A stretch of DNA of 63,257 bases, the filler included. It is 6 parts of 6 records of this genome, joined end to end, with 100 filler letters (N's around TTAATTAATTAA, not from the genome) between each part and the next. Parts side by side here need not be neighbours in the genome. Positions count along the whole stretch, not along the records: positions 1 to 24,114 come from SRR31147125_29585; positions 24,215 to 29,742 come from SRR31147125_29611; 4 more parts are not named here. One strand, given 5' to 3'. This document shows, piece by piece, positions 19,761 to 29,592 of this stretch (its first letter is position 1; each line of letters opens with the position of its first letter). The notes beneath the pieces were generated by a model, which was not told the origin of the DNA, did not search any database, and worked only from the letters and a program-made list of their open reading frames with translations. Position numbers and translations under genes: made by a program.

Positions 19761-19997
19761 ATGATTTTACGGCTCTTTCTATTATTTACTTTATTTCTCT
19801 TCATGAATTGCAGTAATCCGGAGGAACCCAATCGAAACAGCAATGCACCTGAAGATCACACAGTGAATAAAGATGGATATATGCACAAAAGTGGCCTGAG
19901 CAAACCGGCAACCAATTGTGTTTCCTGTCACGGGAGTGATTTGAAAGGCGGGACATCAGGGGTATCCTGTTTTCAATGCCATGGAAAAGAATGGTAA
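19761..19997 (+). CDS. Small dihaem c-type cytochrome lipoprotein
   Basis: LFMNC lipobox, two CxxCH motifs (CVSCH, CFQCH) and two further His residues in 78 aa. Confidence 0.8.
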   Translation: MILRLFLLFTLFLFMNCSNPEEPNRNSNAPEDHTVNKDGYMHKSGLSKPATNCVSCHGSDLKGGTSGVSCFQCHGKEW

Positions 19998-20065
19998 AAA
20001 AATGCAATTCGGAATTGCGGTTTACAGTGAGTCGCCTTTATCTGTCAGATATATGCATCTCTTTA

Positions 20066-21505
20066 TTATTGCAAAAGTTGTGCTTTCGGCTCCTCCACCA
20101 AACCAGCCTGACGTTGATGTTCACCAGGTTGATCCAAATCACCAAGATCTTTTCGTGCTTGTTCTGCTAATCGCAACAGTTTTTTTACTATTTCAGGATG
20201 ATTCTTCGACACATCCTTTTCTTCTCTGATGTCCACAGACAAATCGATTAGTTTTAATGGTCGACCCTCTTTGAACCCGGGATGATGCATACTTTTATAC
20301 ATCTTCTCCAACGGGAGATGTAGCTTCCACTTTCCGGATCGGATTGCCTGTAATTGTTCTTTTTGATAATAATAAAATACCTTATGGGGTGTTTTTATTT
20401 TCGGATTTGTGAGAAGAGGGTAAATATCTTTGCCATCTATAATCCGATCCTGCGGTATTTCTCCACCGGTAAGTTTTGCCATTGTTGGTAAGATATCCAT
20501 GGTTGTGGCGAGTTCCTGACAAACCGATCCGGCAGGAATTGTATCCGGCCACCAGGCAATACAGGGTTCCCGCATACCACCTTCAAAGGTGCTTCCTTTC
20601 CAGCCTGATAATGGTGCATTACATCCGCCATATCGGGATGCAGCCCCGTTATCGGATGTGAAAATAGCGAGGGTCGATTTTGCGATTCCCAGTTCTTTTA
20701 TAGTTTTCAGTATTTCTCCGCTAGACCAGTCTATCTCTTCAACAGCATCGCCGTATATACCATTTTCCGATTTATTCCGAAAAGACTCACTCGCATGTAA
20801 TGGATTATGGGTCATGGCATGGGGTAAATAAACAAAAAATGGATGATCTTTATTCTCCCGAATGAACTGAATGACTTCTTTTGTATAACGTTTGGTTAAT
20901 GTGTTCTGATCGACCGGTGCCTCAATGACTTTTTCATTACGCATCAGGGGCAAAGGACAAAAATCGCGATTCATATCATTACTATAGGGAATACCAAAAT
21001 AATATTCAAATCCCTGTCGTGTTGGTAAAAACGCGGGTTGATCCCCCAAATGCCATTTACCAATACAAGCTGTGGCATATCCTTTTTCTTTTAAAATTTC
21101 AGCAATGGTGATTTCATTTGGATTCAGCCCTTTATGCGCCTTTGGAAAAAGAACCTGCCTGCCAATACTCCCTTTTGGTCTGGCATTCACATGTAAATCC
21201 ACTCTACGTGGGTAACACCCGGTCATCAAACTGGACCGGGAAGGTGTACAGACACCACTAGTGACATAAAAATCGGTAAATTTCATCCCTTCTTTTGCCA
21301 TTCGATCCAGGTTAGGGGTTCGATACACTTTATTACCATAGCAAGCCAGATCTCCATAACCCAGGTCATCACAAAAAATGAGTAACAGGTTGGGTAATTT
21401 TTTTCGGGCTCTGGTGCTATTACAATTCACAATGCCGTGGGCTGTAAGGGCCATTGTACCCGCTCCCAATAACTTTAGGAAACGTCTTCTGGAACTCTTT
21501 GACAT
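20066..21505 (-). CDS. Arylsulfatase A-like sulfatase, Tat signal
   Basis: SRRRFLK signal, DDLGYGD, CTPSRSSLMTG formylglycine motif, GKWHLG and FTSDNG. Confidence 0.93.
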   Translation of the reverse strand: MSKSSRRRFLKLLGAGTMALTAHGIVNCNSTRARKKLPNLLLIFCDDLGYGDLACYGNKVYRTPNLDRMAKEGMKFTDFYVTSGVCTPSRSSLMTGCYPRRVDLHVNARPKGSIGRQVLFPKAHKGLNPNEITIAEILKEKGYATACIGKWHLGDQPAFLPTRQGFEYYFGIPYSNDMNRDFCPLPLMRNEKVIEAPVDQNTLTKRYTKEVIQFIRENKDHPFFVYLPHAMTHNPLHASESFRNKSENGIYGDAVEEIDWSSGEILKTIKELGIAKSTLAIFTSDNGAASRYGGCNAPLSGWKGSTFEGGMREPCIAWWPDTIPAGSVCQELATTMDILPTMAKLTGGEIPQDRIIDGKDIYPLLTNPKIKTPHKVFYYYQKEQLQAIRSGKWKLHLPLEKMYKSMHHPGFKEGRPLKLIDLSVDIREEKDVSKNHPEIVKKLLRLAEQARKDLGDLDQPGEHQRQAGLVEEPKAQLLQ

Positions 21506-21940
21506 CGAACGTTCCTTCCCTTTTAAATTTTTCTACTTTATAAATTTTATTTAGGATTCCGGGTGAATATACAAAAACTAATAAAGTAATCTGGAATTTC
21601 CAATGAAATTCTATTGCAGTTCTTTTTTAAACTTTGCTGTGAATAGTTTCGTCATTGCATATCCAATTCTGAAATGCTTTCGAATAACAAACCATCGGAA
21701 AAAGGGAAAATCCAATTTCCGTTAAAAAAGGTAGGCGATTTGATGTTAATAATAATGATGCAGTTGCCCAAAAAGTACTCTGAAGAATACCAACCCAACT
21801 AATCGATACCAACACCATAATTTCGTTTTGAACAGTCGAGGTGAGAGAATCTGAATATTCGCTCCCCCTATCACCCAACCATTTTTGATTTATTTTTATT
21901 AGGAGTGTAGAAAATTAGTTTTATGCACTGCTAATAAAAT

Positions 21941-21977
21941 AAAAATCGCCCAGGGATAATAAATCCGTGGGCGATAA
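21941..21977 (-). terminator. Probable terminator hairpin downstream of the 22200 lipoprotein gene
   Basis: ATCGCCCA.GGAT-loop-ATCC.TGGGCGAT, with an A-tract on the + strand (U-tract on -). Confidence 0.5.
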
Positions 21978-22199
21978 CTTGAAGACAAACAATCTTATTA
22001 TGCTATTCTTCACTTTAAAATGATGGTTGTTATAATTGCAAAAGCATCATTTCAATCGAAGATTATTTAATCCTAATCTTAAAGAACGAAGCTTTTTCAT
22101 TTTGACAATAATCTTAAATATAAACAGATTATTTTGTCAATGCTTTTCAATGAGATCGTCAAGGGAACCAATCCTTCAAATCCCACATTTTCCTCAAAG

Positions 22200-23180
22200 T
22201 TACTTATAAGCTTCATCAGCGCAAATGTTACCAAAAATCAATTCGCGATCTTTCCCTGAAATTTCAACTGTTACAGTTCGGCTTGGGGGAGCCTGTGAAA
22301 TACCGTCAAGAATATTCGCTGTGACTCTATAGTCATATCCATCGTTTGTCCGTTCTTCTATAACTGTGTACGTCCCTGGAGTCAGGTTGCATAAAGTAAA
22401 AGGAGTATAAAGAGTACCATTTATTTGTGCACCACTCGGATCATAAACGGTGACTGGCCATATCAACTGCTCTTCTTTATACCGCCCTTTCTTATCCCAT
22501 TTCCCATCATCACTACAGTCATAAAACTTGATCACTTTCAAGCAGGGTACTTTCCCTTTACGTCCGACTTTAAAATTGTCCGTTTTTGATGAAGCCGGAA
22601 GAAAGCCATGGAAACAACCTGTACCACAATCATTATCAACTTCATTTGGATCGCCAACAAAGTCAGCAACGGGTGTCACCCATACCTTGTATACACCTCC
22701 AGGATTAGGCGTGTCATCAAAAGGACAAAGCTGGATGGTTGTTGCGCCCTGATCCGCATCTGTGCCAGTAACATGATTACCATCTCCGGAGAGCCCCGAA
22801 ATAATACCACCGCTAACAGTGAACTGACGAAATCTCACGGCATCAGTGCTAAGCAACACCTTTCCACTCGGATCCGTTACCTGGAAAAAATAATCACCAT
22901 CAGGGAGACCGGCTGCTGTGGCTGGAGCGTTTGGACCTGGACCGCCGTCAAGATAAACATCGCATTTAGCTTTATAAATATTACCATTGACCTGGGTGCC
23001 ATCCTCATTGGTCGTAAAAATCGCACCGGAAAGTGGCGTCGTTTTCGCTAAAGAGTACCTGACCGGTGAATTTTCAACTTGTGTTGGTAAATTATTTGCG
23101 ATTTGCTCGCATCCAAGCAAGGCAAGGATGACGATCGAAGATAAAAATGCTTTTATGATGTATGGTTTATTGGTTACCAT
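22200..23180 (-). CDS. Hypothetical Cys-rich lipoprotein with C-terminal prealbumin/Cna-B-like beta-sandwich
   Basis: GGAGG RBS before ATG 23180, LLGC lipobox, GAIFTT..DG..VNGNIY...LPDGDYFFQVTDPSG, and LTPGTYTVIE...LIFGN tail. Confidence 0.65.
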   Translation of the reverse strand: MVTNKPYIIKAFLSSIVILALLGCEQIANNLPTQVENSPVRYSLAKTTPLSGAIFTTNEDGTQVNGNIYKAKCDVYLDGGPGPNAPATAAGLPDGDYFFQVTDPSGKVLLSTDAVRFRQFTVSGGIISGLSGDGNHVTGTDADQGATTIQLCPFDDTPNPGGVYKVWVTPVADFVGDPNEVDNDCGTGCFHGFLPASSKTDNFKVGRKGKVPCLKVIKFYDCSDDGKWDKKGRYKEEQLIWPVTVYDPSGAQINGTLYTPFTLCNLTPGTYTVIEERTNDGYDYRVTANILDGISQAPPSRTVTVEISGKDRELIFGNICADEAYK

Positions 23181-24114
23181 TTGTTTGTCCTCCAATTTAA
23201 TTTTTTGAGAATGGCTAAGAAACAAAGAATTTGTTTTTAATTGGAGAATATTTTTCAAGCAAATCGAGCAACAGAAATTCCCAAAATTTCCTCTCACCGC
23301 ATGTGACCAACCTTAATTATACCGTCTATTCTTCCATTTACTTTTGTCCGTTGTAATCGCTTTTGTCACACATAATGGGTGGATTTTTATTGTGTATTAG
23401 GATAATCATGTCTTCATACCTGATAATGTATTTGATTATTTTCTGTTCTTTTTATTAATATAGTATGAACCATATAAAAAAATCCCAGATCATATGAGAA
23501 CACAATACAAGTTAATCAAGAAGAGTGGCGATGCTGCTGAATCTTTATTTTTGAATAAAAGTCTGTAATAACATATTAAAATGATGTCATCCTGGTCTAT
23601 ATTGCGCCTAGAAAAAGTGTGTACTCGGTTTAAACAATCAAAATTTAGTTTACCTGAATTATTGATAATTTAAAATTTAAGCTCTAATTGTTGTTTAAAG
23701 AATCAAAATAGATCAACTAAGATTAGTGATACTCACTTTTTCAAAGTTTGCAAGCGGAAGGGAGAATCGTAAGATCAAGGAAACGGGGATAAAACCAACT
23801 AAGGAGCAATTCAAAGTAAGTTATTTTAATTTACGAAAATTAAAAAGTATGTCAAGTGATTTTAAAAAAATATTGGAATGGTTTTGAACTATTCGACAAT
23901 TTTGGGAATATAGGATAGTAATTATTATCAATATTAGAAAATTATTTGTGTCATGTTTGAGTGTTTTTTGATTACAAATTGCTGCATAATTCTACAAATC
24001 CATGTAACTTACTGTAAAAGCGTTCAGGTTCAGATAAATTTATATTTTTACATAGTTGGATCTAATTTGTTTAAATATATTAACTCACAAGTGTCCGGTT
24101 ATTAGTTAAATAAA

Positions 24115-24214
24115 NNNNNNNNNNNNNNNNNNNNNNNNNNNNNNNNNNNNNNNNNNNNTTAATTAATTAANNNNNNNNNNNNNNNNNNNNNNNNNNNNNN
24201 NNNNNNNNNNNNNN
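24115..24214. other. Artificial contig spacer
   Basis: 44 N + TTAATTAATTAA + 44 N. Confidence 0.99.
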
Positions 24215-24243
24215 AAAAAAATCGCAGCCAACAAAGGCTGCGA
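24215..24243 (-). terminator. Intrinsic terminator of the moeB-RDD/Maf-FliF-like operon
   Basis: A7-TCGCAGCC-loop-GGCTGCGA, giving a U-tract on the minus strand. Confidence 0.7.
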
Positions 24244-24280
24244 AATATAAAAAAACATCCTAAATATTACCAAATAGAAG

Positions 24281-24976
24281 CTAGAACTCTTTGCCGGTAG
24301 CGGAGTCGATCACTTCTATTTCAGCAGAATCCCCTAAAGCAGCAAATGCCGAGACATTATCCCTGATTCCTCTGATATCATCCACACTTATACCGTTGAC
24401 TCCGGCATCTCTGGTTATTCTCACCGATACTCCAGAAATCGAGTTATACCCATCCTCACTCTGAAAAATCACTTCCGCCTTACTTATCTCAGCCGACATA
24501 GTCTCAATCATCCGAGCAAGCATATTCTGGTTTGCCAGCTGTTGCTGTACCTGATACTCTCTGCTCCCTTTTTCAGCAACAACATCAGTATAAGCAAAAT
24601 TCCCAGCCCCAGGCACATACCCCTTGAGCATAAGAAGATCAAGCGCACTCCCTGCCTTACCCTGTTCGACCATAATCCTCTCATCAACCAGCTTCACTCC
24701 GATTCCAGCCTCTTCCAGAATAACGAAAGCCTCTTCTCGTATTTCAGTATTATCAAAGGAATATGCAAGCTGATCCATCAACACCCCATGCTCATCATAG
24801 ACTTCATCCACAATACCATTTTTCTTGAGAGCCTGCGCCAGAGAGAGCAATAGCTCCTCTTTCTCACTCACAGCACTCTTACCCTTAAAAATAGAGTTAT
24901 ACGCATAAACACAAACCCCACCCAGAGCCAGACTAAGCACTAAGACAACCACTCCCTGTAATATTACCTTAACCAC
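24281..24976 (-). CDS. FliF/YscJ-like ring-building-motif membrane protein (RBM1-RBM2 only)
   Basis: N-terminal TM, then ILEEAGI..K....RIMV, LANQNMLARMIETM..ISKAEV, SVRI...IRGIRDNVSA...IEVIDS.G, which follow the YscJ/FliF pattern. Confidence 0.6.
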   Translation of the reverse strand: MVKVILQGVVVLVLSLALGGVCVYAYNSIFKGKSAVSEKEELLLSLAQALKKNGIVDEVYDEHGVLMDQLAYSFDNTEIREEAFVILEEAGIGVKLVDERIMVEQGKAGSALDLLMLKGYVPGAGNFAYTDVVAEKGSREYQVQQQLANQNMLARMIETMSAEISKAEVIFQSEDGYNSISGVSVRITRDAGVNGISVDDIRGIRDNVSAFAALGDSAEIEVIDSATGKEF

Positions 24977-25045
24977 TGCTATTATACCTCAATCTTATTA
25001 TATATTATTTATAAAGAAAAAACTATCCGCATAACAGCTTATCAA

Positions 25046-27265
25046 CTATGCGTCAAGATCATTAAACATCTTCTTAAGCAGCTCCATCGGCAACCCGATA
25101 ACATTGGAGGTACTTCCATATATTTTATCGACAAACTCTCCGCCTTCACCCTGCACAGCATAGCTCCCAGCCTTGTCTTCACCTTCACCACTTGCTATAT
25201 ACTCCCTGATATCACTCTCAGCCAGCTTTTTAAATACAACTTCTGTCAACTCATAACCTGAAAGCAACTGCCCTGTAGCAGTATCTATTATGCACATACC
25301 AGTTATTACTTCATGCTTCTTTCCAGATAATGAATTTAAAATTTCATAGGCATGAGACGGACTCTCAGGCTTACCGAGCATCTCTTCATCCCGCGCCACA
25401 ATAGTATCAGCAGCAATCACCAGTTCACCATCATCGACTCTTCTAGCTATCGCCTCAGCCTTCCTTACAGCCAACTGCTTCGCCCCTTCTTTTGCAGAGA
25501 CTCCTGAGCTAAGATGCTCACTCACTGCCGGCGCAATCACTTCAAAATCCAGACCATACTCAGTAAGGAGTTCCTTACGCCTTGGCGAAGCACTGGCTAA
25601 TACAATCTTTCTCTTACGAAGAGCAGTATGCCTCCTCACCACAGTCTTCCCTAGCAGATCACCTACACGCTGCCTCTTCTTGTTCACAGTCGCACTGATA
25701 AAAGCAATCAGATACCAGATCCTCGCCCCTCCCAGTGGCACGGGGAAAAAGTCAATGAAACGAGCCACATTACGTAGCAGTGCCTGATACGGAGTAATTC
25801 TTCCGCCTGCAAGATTTCGAACCCTGATACGTAACAGCGCCTTACCAACAGTCTGCCCAAAAGCAAGCTCAGCAATAAAGGAGTAAATCGATAATGCGCC
25901 CAGCCATAAGAAGAATACCGATATCTGCCCGCTAGCCATAACAGAATTCATAAAATCATCACTGCTGGAGTTTAGATAATAATATGGAACAGGAGCGACT
26001 AAAGTCCCATCGATAATAATAGCCACCCCTCTGTCAAAGACAGAAGCAAACCCTCCAATACGTGAGACACGCACCGCTTTTACCATCTTCTCAAAACGGA
26101 GATCACCTGTAGTAAGGTTCTCCCCATTCGCTCGCATTCTCGCCAAAGCCTTACGCCTGCGGTTCTGCTTAATAAAGACAAAAATAAGCATTGCCGAAAT
26201 AGCAAGCAAAAAGTAATTCCATACTGAATCAGTATTAAAAGCATTGTCCTGACTAATAGCAGAAGCGCCCGCCGGAATCTTGCTCCAGATTCCATTCTCT
26301 ATATCTGTAGAGTAGAGTACCTCCACCCCAAGCTCATCAGCCCTCGCTACAGCATAACCACTACCGATTTTCTTAATGTCGATCCCGTAACCACGCAGCG
26401 CCATCTTGTTAGCCGGAAACGGCACATCAGCCAAAACACTCCAGCCTTTCTGCGGATAATACTCATACAGTGGCATCCCGCCAACTCTATTACCTCCAGT
26501 ATTTGCAGCATCCTGAACCAGCAGAATACTCTCATCAGTAACAGCAATTGCAAATCCCGTTACCAGATCATTATCTGCAGGCAGCCTAGGCAGCATCTGC
26601 CATTTACTATCCTCATAATATGCCATGCGGAGCACAGGCTCAATTTTCTCGCCTACAAGTCCCCGCCAAAAGAGCAACATACTTCCTTTGTATTCAGCCA
26701 TTTCAGCTATAGCAAAACTACTGAACTCTATAATAGGCAACTCCTGTTCAGTCATTATCCACTTACTATCACTAAAGCTATATATCGCCCAGTTACTCCC
26801 TTTCTCACGCCCAATAGCCAATAGACTTCCGCCTATTTTCGCAGCAGTAATAACCTCAAAACCAGCCCTGCCTTCGGCGATTAGAGTAAGTTCTTTAAAG
26901 TCAGCCTTCCCAGCAGAGAAAACCGCCCCATCCCTAAAGACTATCCCACAATCCTGCCCAATAAATTCCGGCAGAAGAGCAGCAACAAAGCCATTATAAT
27001 CTCCTTTACTGACAAACTCATTCTTATCATCCCCAGCCTTATCAGTAGTGAGTAGCAGAGAGAATGTACTCTCAGCAGACTGCATGTTCCCGGAATAATT
27101 CTCCAGCGTCAAGAGCACTTTCCCATGGAGTCCAGCAATTCTCGGGTCAAACTTCCGCTGATCCCCACACCCAGTCGTAAAGACAAAAGCAAGAAAGAGC
27201 ACCAAAAAATTAATTACTCTTAATTTGTAAGTATTTATAAAAACTTTATTATTCATTAATATCAT
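25046..27265 (-). CDS. maf: Fusion: exported N-terminal domain + TM + RDD domain + Maf/YhdE nucleotide pyrophosphatase
   Basis: FTTGC lipobox-like signal. RDD: RGVAIIID, GQTVGK.LL.IRV, R.GDLLGKTVV. Maf: IVLASASPRRKELL, ADTIV, LGKP, DKAGSYAVQG, NVIGLP. Confidence 0.85.
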   Translation of the reverse strand: MILMNNKVFINTYKLRVINFLVLFLAFVFTTGCGDQRKFDPRIAGLHGKVLLTLENYSGNMQSAESTFSLLLTTDKAGDDKNEFVSKGDYNGFVAALLPEFIGQDCGIVFRDGAVFSAGKADFKELTLIAEGRAGFEVITAAKIGGSLLAIGREKGSNWAIYSFSDSKWIMTEQELPIIEFSSFAIAEMAEYKGSMLLFWRGLVGEKIEPVLRMAYYEDSKWQMLPRLPADNDLVTGFAIAVTDESILLVQDAANTGGNRVGGMPLYEYYPQKGWSVLADVPFPANKMALRGYGIDIKKIGSGYAVARADELGVEVLYSTDIENGIWSKIPAGASAISQDNAFNTDSVWNYFLLAISAMLIFVFIKQNRRRKALARMRANGENLTTGDLRFEKMVKAVRVSRIGGFASVFDRGVAIIIDGTLVAPVPYYYLNSSSDDFMNSVMASGQISVFFLWLGALSIYSFIAELAFGQTVGKALLRIRVRNLAGGRITPYQALLRNVARFIDFFPVPLGGARIWYLIAFISATVNKKRQRVGDLLGKTVVRRHTALRKRKIVLASASPRRKELLTEYGLDFEVIAPAVSEHLSSGVSAKEGAKQLAVRKAEAIARRVDDGELVIAADTIVARDEEMLGKPESPSHAYEILNSLSGKKHEVITGMCIIDTATGQLLSGYELTEVVFKKLAESDIREYIASGEGEDKAGSYAVQGEGGEFVDKIYGSTSNVIGLPMELLKKMFNDLDA

Positions 27266-27301
27266 ATTCCTGATAGTCCATCAAATTTAAAAGCCAGTAC
27301 T

Positions 27302-28042
27302 TCACGAACAGAATTTGCATTCCTGATCTTTCTCACGTTGCATCTTATTTATGCGCATCTGCAAAAAATCAAAGCTGAGGAAGCTATTCTCAAGTATATC
27401 CCCTACTCCACTAATTATTTTAACAGCCTCAACCGCCTGCATACTTCCCATAACCCCTACAGCCGGCCCGAGCACCCCAACCTCACTCGCTCCTTTATAG
27501 TTGACAGGTGGCTCCGGCACCAGACAACGCAGACACGGGTTATCATTCTCATTAATAAGAGTAAAAATATGCCCGGTATACTCAAGTATAGCCGCACTGA
27601 GCAATGTTGTTTTTTTCTTCCAGAGGTAATCAGCCAACAGATACCGTACAGTAAAATTATCAGTACAGTCAATCACCAGCTCAAATTTATCCCCGATAAT
27701 CTCATCAATATTATCTTCTGTGATAAAAGATTTCACCGCAGTGAATTCTGAAGAATGATTTATTCTCTGAAGGTGTTGTAAAGCAGCCTCTGTCTTCTCC
27801 ACCCCAATATCATCCAGTCCATAAAGCTGCTGACGTTGCAGATTGGATAATTCCACACCGCCCAGGTCAATAAAAGTTATCCTGCCAATCCCAGCACACA
27901 CCAGATACGGCAGAGCAGCCGAGCCAAGCCCACCGCAGCCAACCACACAGATATCAGCATTCAATAGCTTCTCCTGAGCCTCAACTCCAAAACGCTCCAA
28001 AGATATATGCCTTGAAAATAATTCGCTGTTATTTTTATCCAT
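27302..28042 (-). CDS. HesA/MoeB/ThiF-family adenylyltransferase (no rhodanese domain)
   Basis: FSRHI, VGCGGLGS, ELSNLQRQ, DCTDNF, and CLRC/CKFC zinc motifs. Confidence 0.92.
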   Translation of the reverse strand: MDKNNSELFSRHISLERFGVEAQEKLLNADICVVGCGGLGSAALPYLVCAGIGRITFIDLGGVELSNLQRQQLYGLDDIGVEKTEAALQHLQRINHSSEFTAVKSFITEDNIDEIIGDKFELVIDCTDNFTVRYLLADYLWKKKTTLLSAAILEYTGHIFTLINENDNPCLRCLVPEPPVNYKGASEVGVLGPAVGVMGSMQAVEAVKIISGVGDILENSFLSFDFLQMRINKMQREKDQECKFCS

Positions 28043-28061
28043 GATAACCTTCTATTTTAAC

Positions 28062-28089
28062 TTGACAGTTCTAATTTTTTAGTAATAAT
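28062..28089 (+). promoter_or_regulatory. sigma70-like promoter for the lipoyl/kinase operon
   Basis: TTGACA (28062-28067)-N16-AATAAT. Confidence 0.4.
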
Positions 28090-28270
28090 TATTTAATAGT
28101 TTCCTCAAAAAGAAACAGCAGAGCCTGCTAATCACTGACCCTCTGCTCAAAGACTGACTTGTCTCATGCAGTTTGATTATTTTGAGTAAACAGTATCAAG
28201 TTCTATTAAATTCATAAATTTTATTTATTAATTTTATAATATACATTTTATAAAGCAAGGAGTAATTATA

Positions 28271-28519
28271 ATGGCAGAGTTTACCGCAACACTTCCGAGT
28301 CTTGGCGATGATGCAGGAGATGAAGCAAAAGTTTCTTTTACATATTTTGATGAAGGTGACGCAGTCACAACCGATGATGATATTATCGAAATGGTAACAG
28401 ACAAAGCAACATTCAATGTTCCGTGCCCGAAAAACGGTAAGGTTGTCAAGCTTCTAGTCGCAGAGGATGATACAGTAAAAGTCGGTGACCCTATCTGTAT
28501 TATTGAAACAGCAGAGTAA
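28271..28519 (+). CDS. Stand-alone lipoyl/biotinyl carrier domain protein
   Basis: LPSLG...EGDAV...IEMVTDKATFNVPCP..GKV...DTVKVGDPI (DKA lipoyl-Lys). AAGGAG RBS. Confidence 0.9.
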   Translation: MAEFTATLPSLGDDAGDEAKVSFTYFDEGDAVTTDDDIIEMVTDKATFNVPCPKNGKVVKLLVAEDDTVKVGDPICIIETAE

Positions 28520-28530
28520 TAACCTATAAC

Positions 28531-29559
28531 ATGATACAACTCAAATCAATAAACAGTAATGTAGAATACAGGCTTATCCGTGAGATTGCTCACGGAGGGA
28601 TGGGATCTGTGTATGAAGCAGAACAGCAGGGAGTCGAAGGTTTTGTAAAGAGAGTTGCCCTCAAGACGATTCTTGATAAATACACTGAAGATCAGGCATT
28701 TATCCAGCGTTTCATTGGTGAGGCGAAACTTGTTGCCAACCTGATCCACCCCAACATCGTACAGATATACCAGCTGGATAAGTACAATAATGGCTATTAT
28801 ATTGCTATGGAGTATATAAACGGTATAACCTGCCACCGTCTTCTGCAGATGCATCAGGAAGCAAAGATACACATTCCCGTAGATTATGTATCTTTTATTA
28901 TCAGCCGAATCGCCCGAGGACTGGAGTACGCCCACAACCGTGCAACGACTGACAACAAACCTCTAGGCATTGTGCATCGTGATGTCTGCCCGAAAAATAT
29001 CATGATCACCTCTGAAGGCGAAGGCAAACTTACCGACTTTGGTATTGCTAAGGCTCATAATATCCTAGCTAATACAGAAGGCAGAACATTATTCGGCAAG
29101 GTCAAGTATATGAGTCCCGAACAGGCCAACATGGAGATAACAGATTTACGAAGTGATATTTTCTCGCTCGGCGTAGTCTATTATGAACTGCTTACAGGCG
29201 TATCACCTTTTCAGAGTTCCTCACCGATCAAGTCCCTGCAAAAAGTTCGTAAAACAGAATTTGCAGATCCCGTAAGACTTAGAAAAGATATCCCACAGGA
29301 TTTACTTGATATTCTCTATAAAATGATGGCGAAATACCCAGATGACAGATATACCAATACTTCTGAATTGAGTACAGATATTGAGACCATGATGTATTCC
29401 AAAGGTTTTGGGCCAACCATTAAAAAACTTTCAGAGTACCTCAACAGAACATTTCCTGAATTTGCTACCGAGACGACTAATCCAGCAGCTACTGGTGAGA
29501 ATCAGACATTTATTCAGGATTATTCAGACGACATGACGACTATGGAATTCAAACCATAA
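28531..29559 (+). CDS. Hanks-type Ser/Thr protein kinase (cytoplasmic)
   Basis: GGMGSVY, VALK, HRDVCPKN, DFG, YMSPEQ and DIFSLG motifs. Confidence 0.95.
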   Translation: MIQLKSINSNVEYRLIREIAHGGMGSVYEAEQQGVEGFVKRVALKTILDKYTEDQAFIQRFIGEAKLVANLIHPNIVQIYQLDKYNNGYYIAMEYINGITCHRLLQMHQEAKIHIPVDYVSFIISRIARGLEYAHNRATTDNKPLGIVHRDVCPKNIMITSEGEGKLTDFGIAKAHNILANTEGRTLFGKVKYMSPEQANMEITDLRSDIFSLGVVYYELLTGVSPFQSSSPIKSLQKVRKTEFADPVRLRKDIPQDLLDILYKMMAKYPDDRYTNTSELSTDIETMMYSKGFGPTIKKLSEYLNRTFPEFATETTNPAATGENQTFIQDYSDDMTTMEFKP

Positions 29560-29592
29560 TCTTACAGCTATTAAAGAAGTGAAAGGATCACC

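Noticed and set aside
21627-21878. 83-aa minus-strand ORF
   Set aside because: No recognisable family or RBS, so it cannot be supported.
24159-24170. Recurring TTAATTAATTAA motif as a biological repeat
   Set aside because: Always centred in N runs: an artificial linker.
27302-28042. ThiF/E1-like gene as part of a ubiquitin-like defence system
   Set aside because: It looks like an ordinary MoeB/ThiF, with no E2, JAB, CD-NTase or ubiquitin-like gene in the contig.
28097-28200. Glycine or other known riboswitch upstream of the lipoyl-domain gene
   Set aside because: I could not find glycine-riboswitch consensus blocks, only generic stems.
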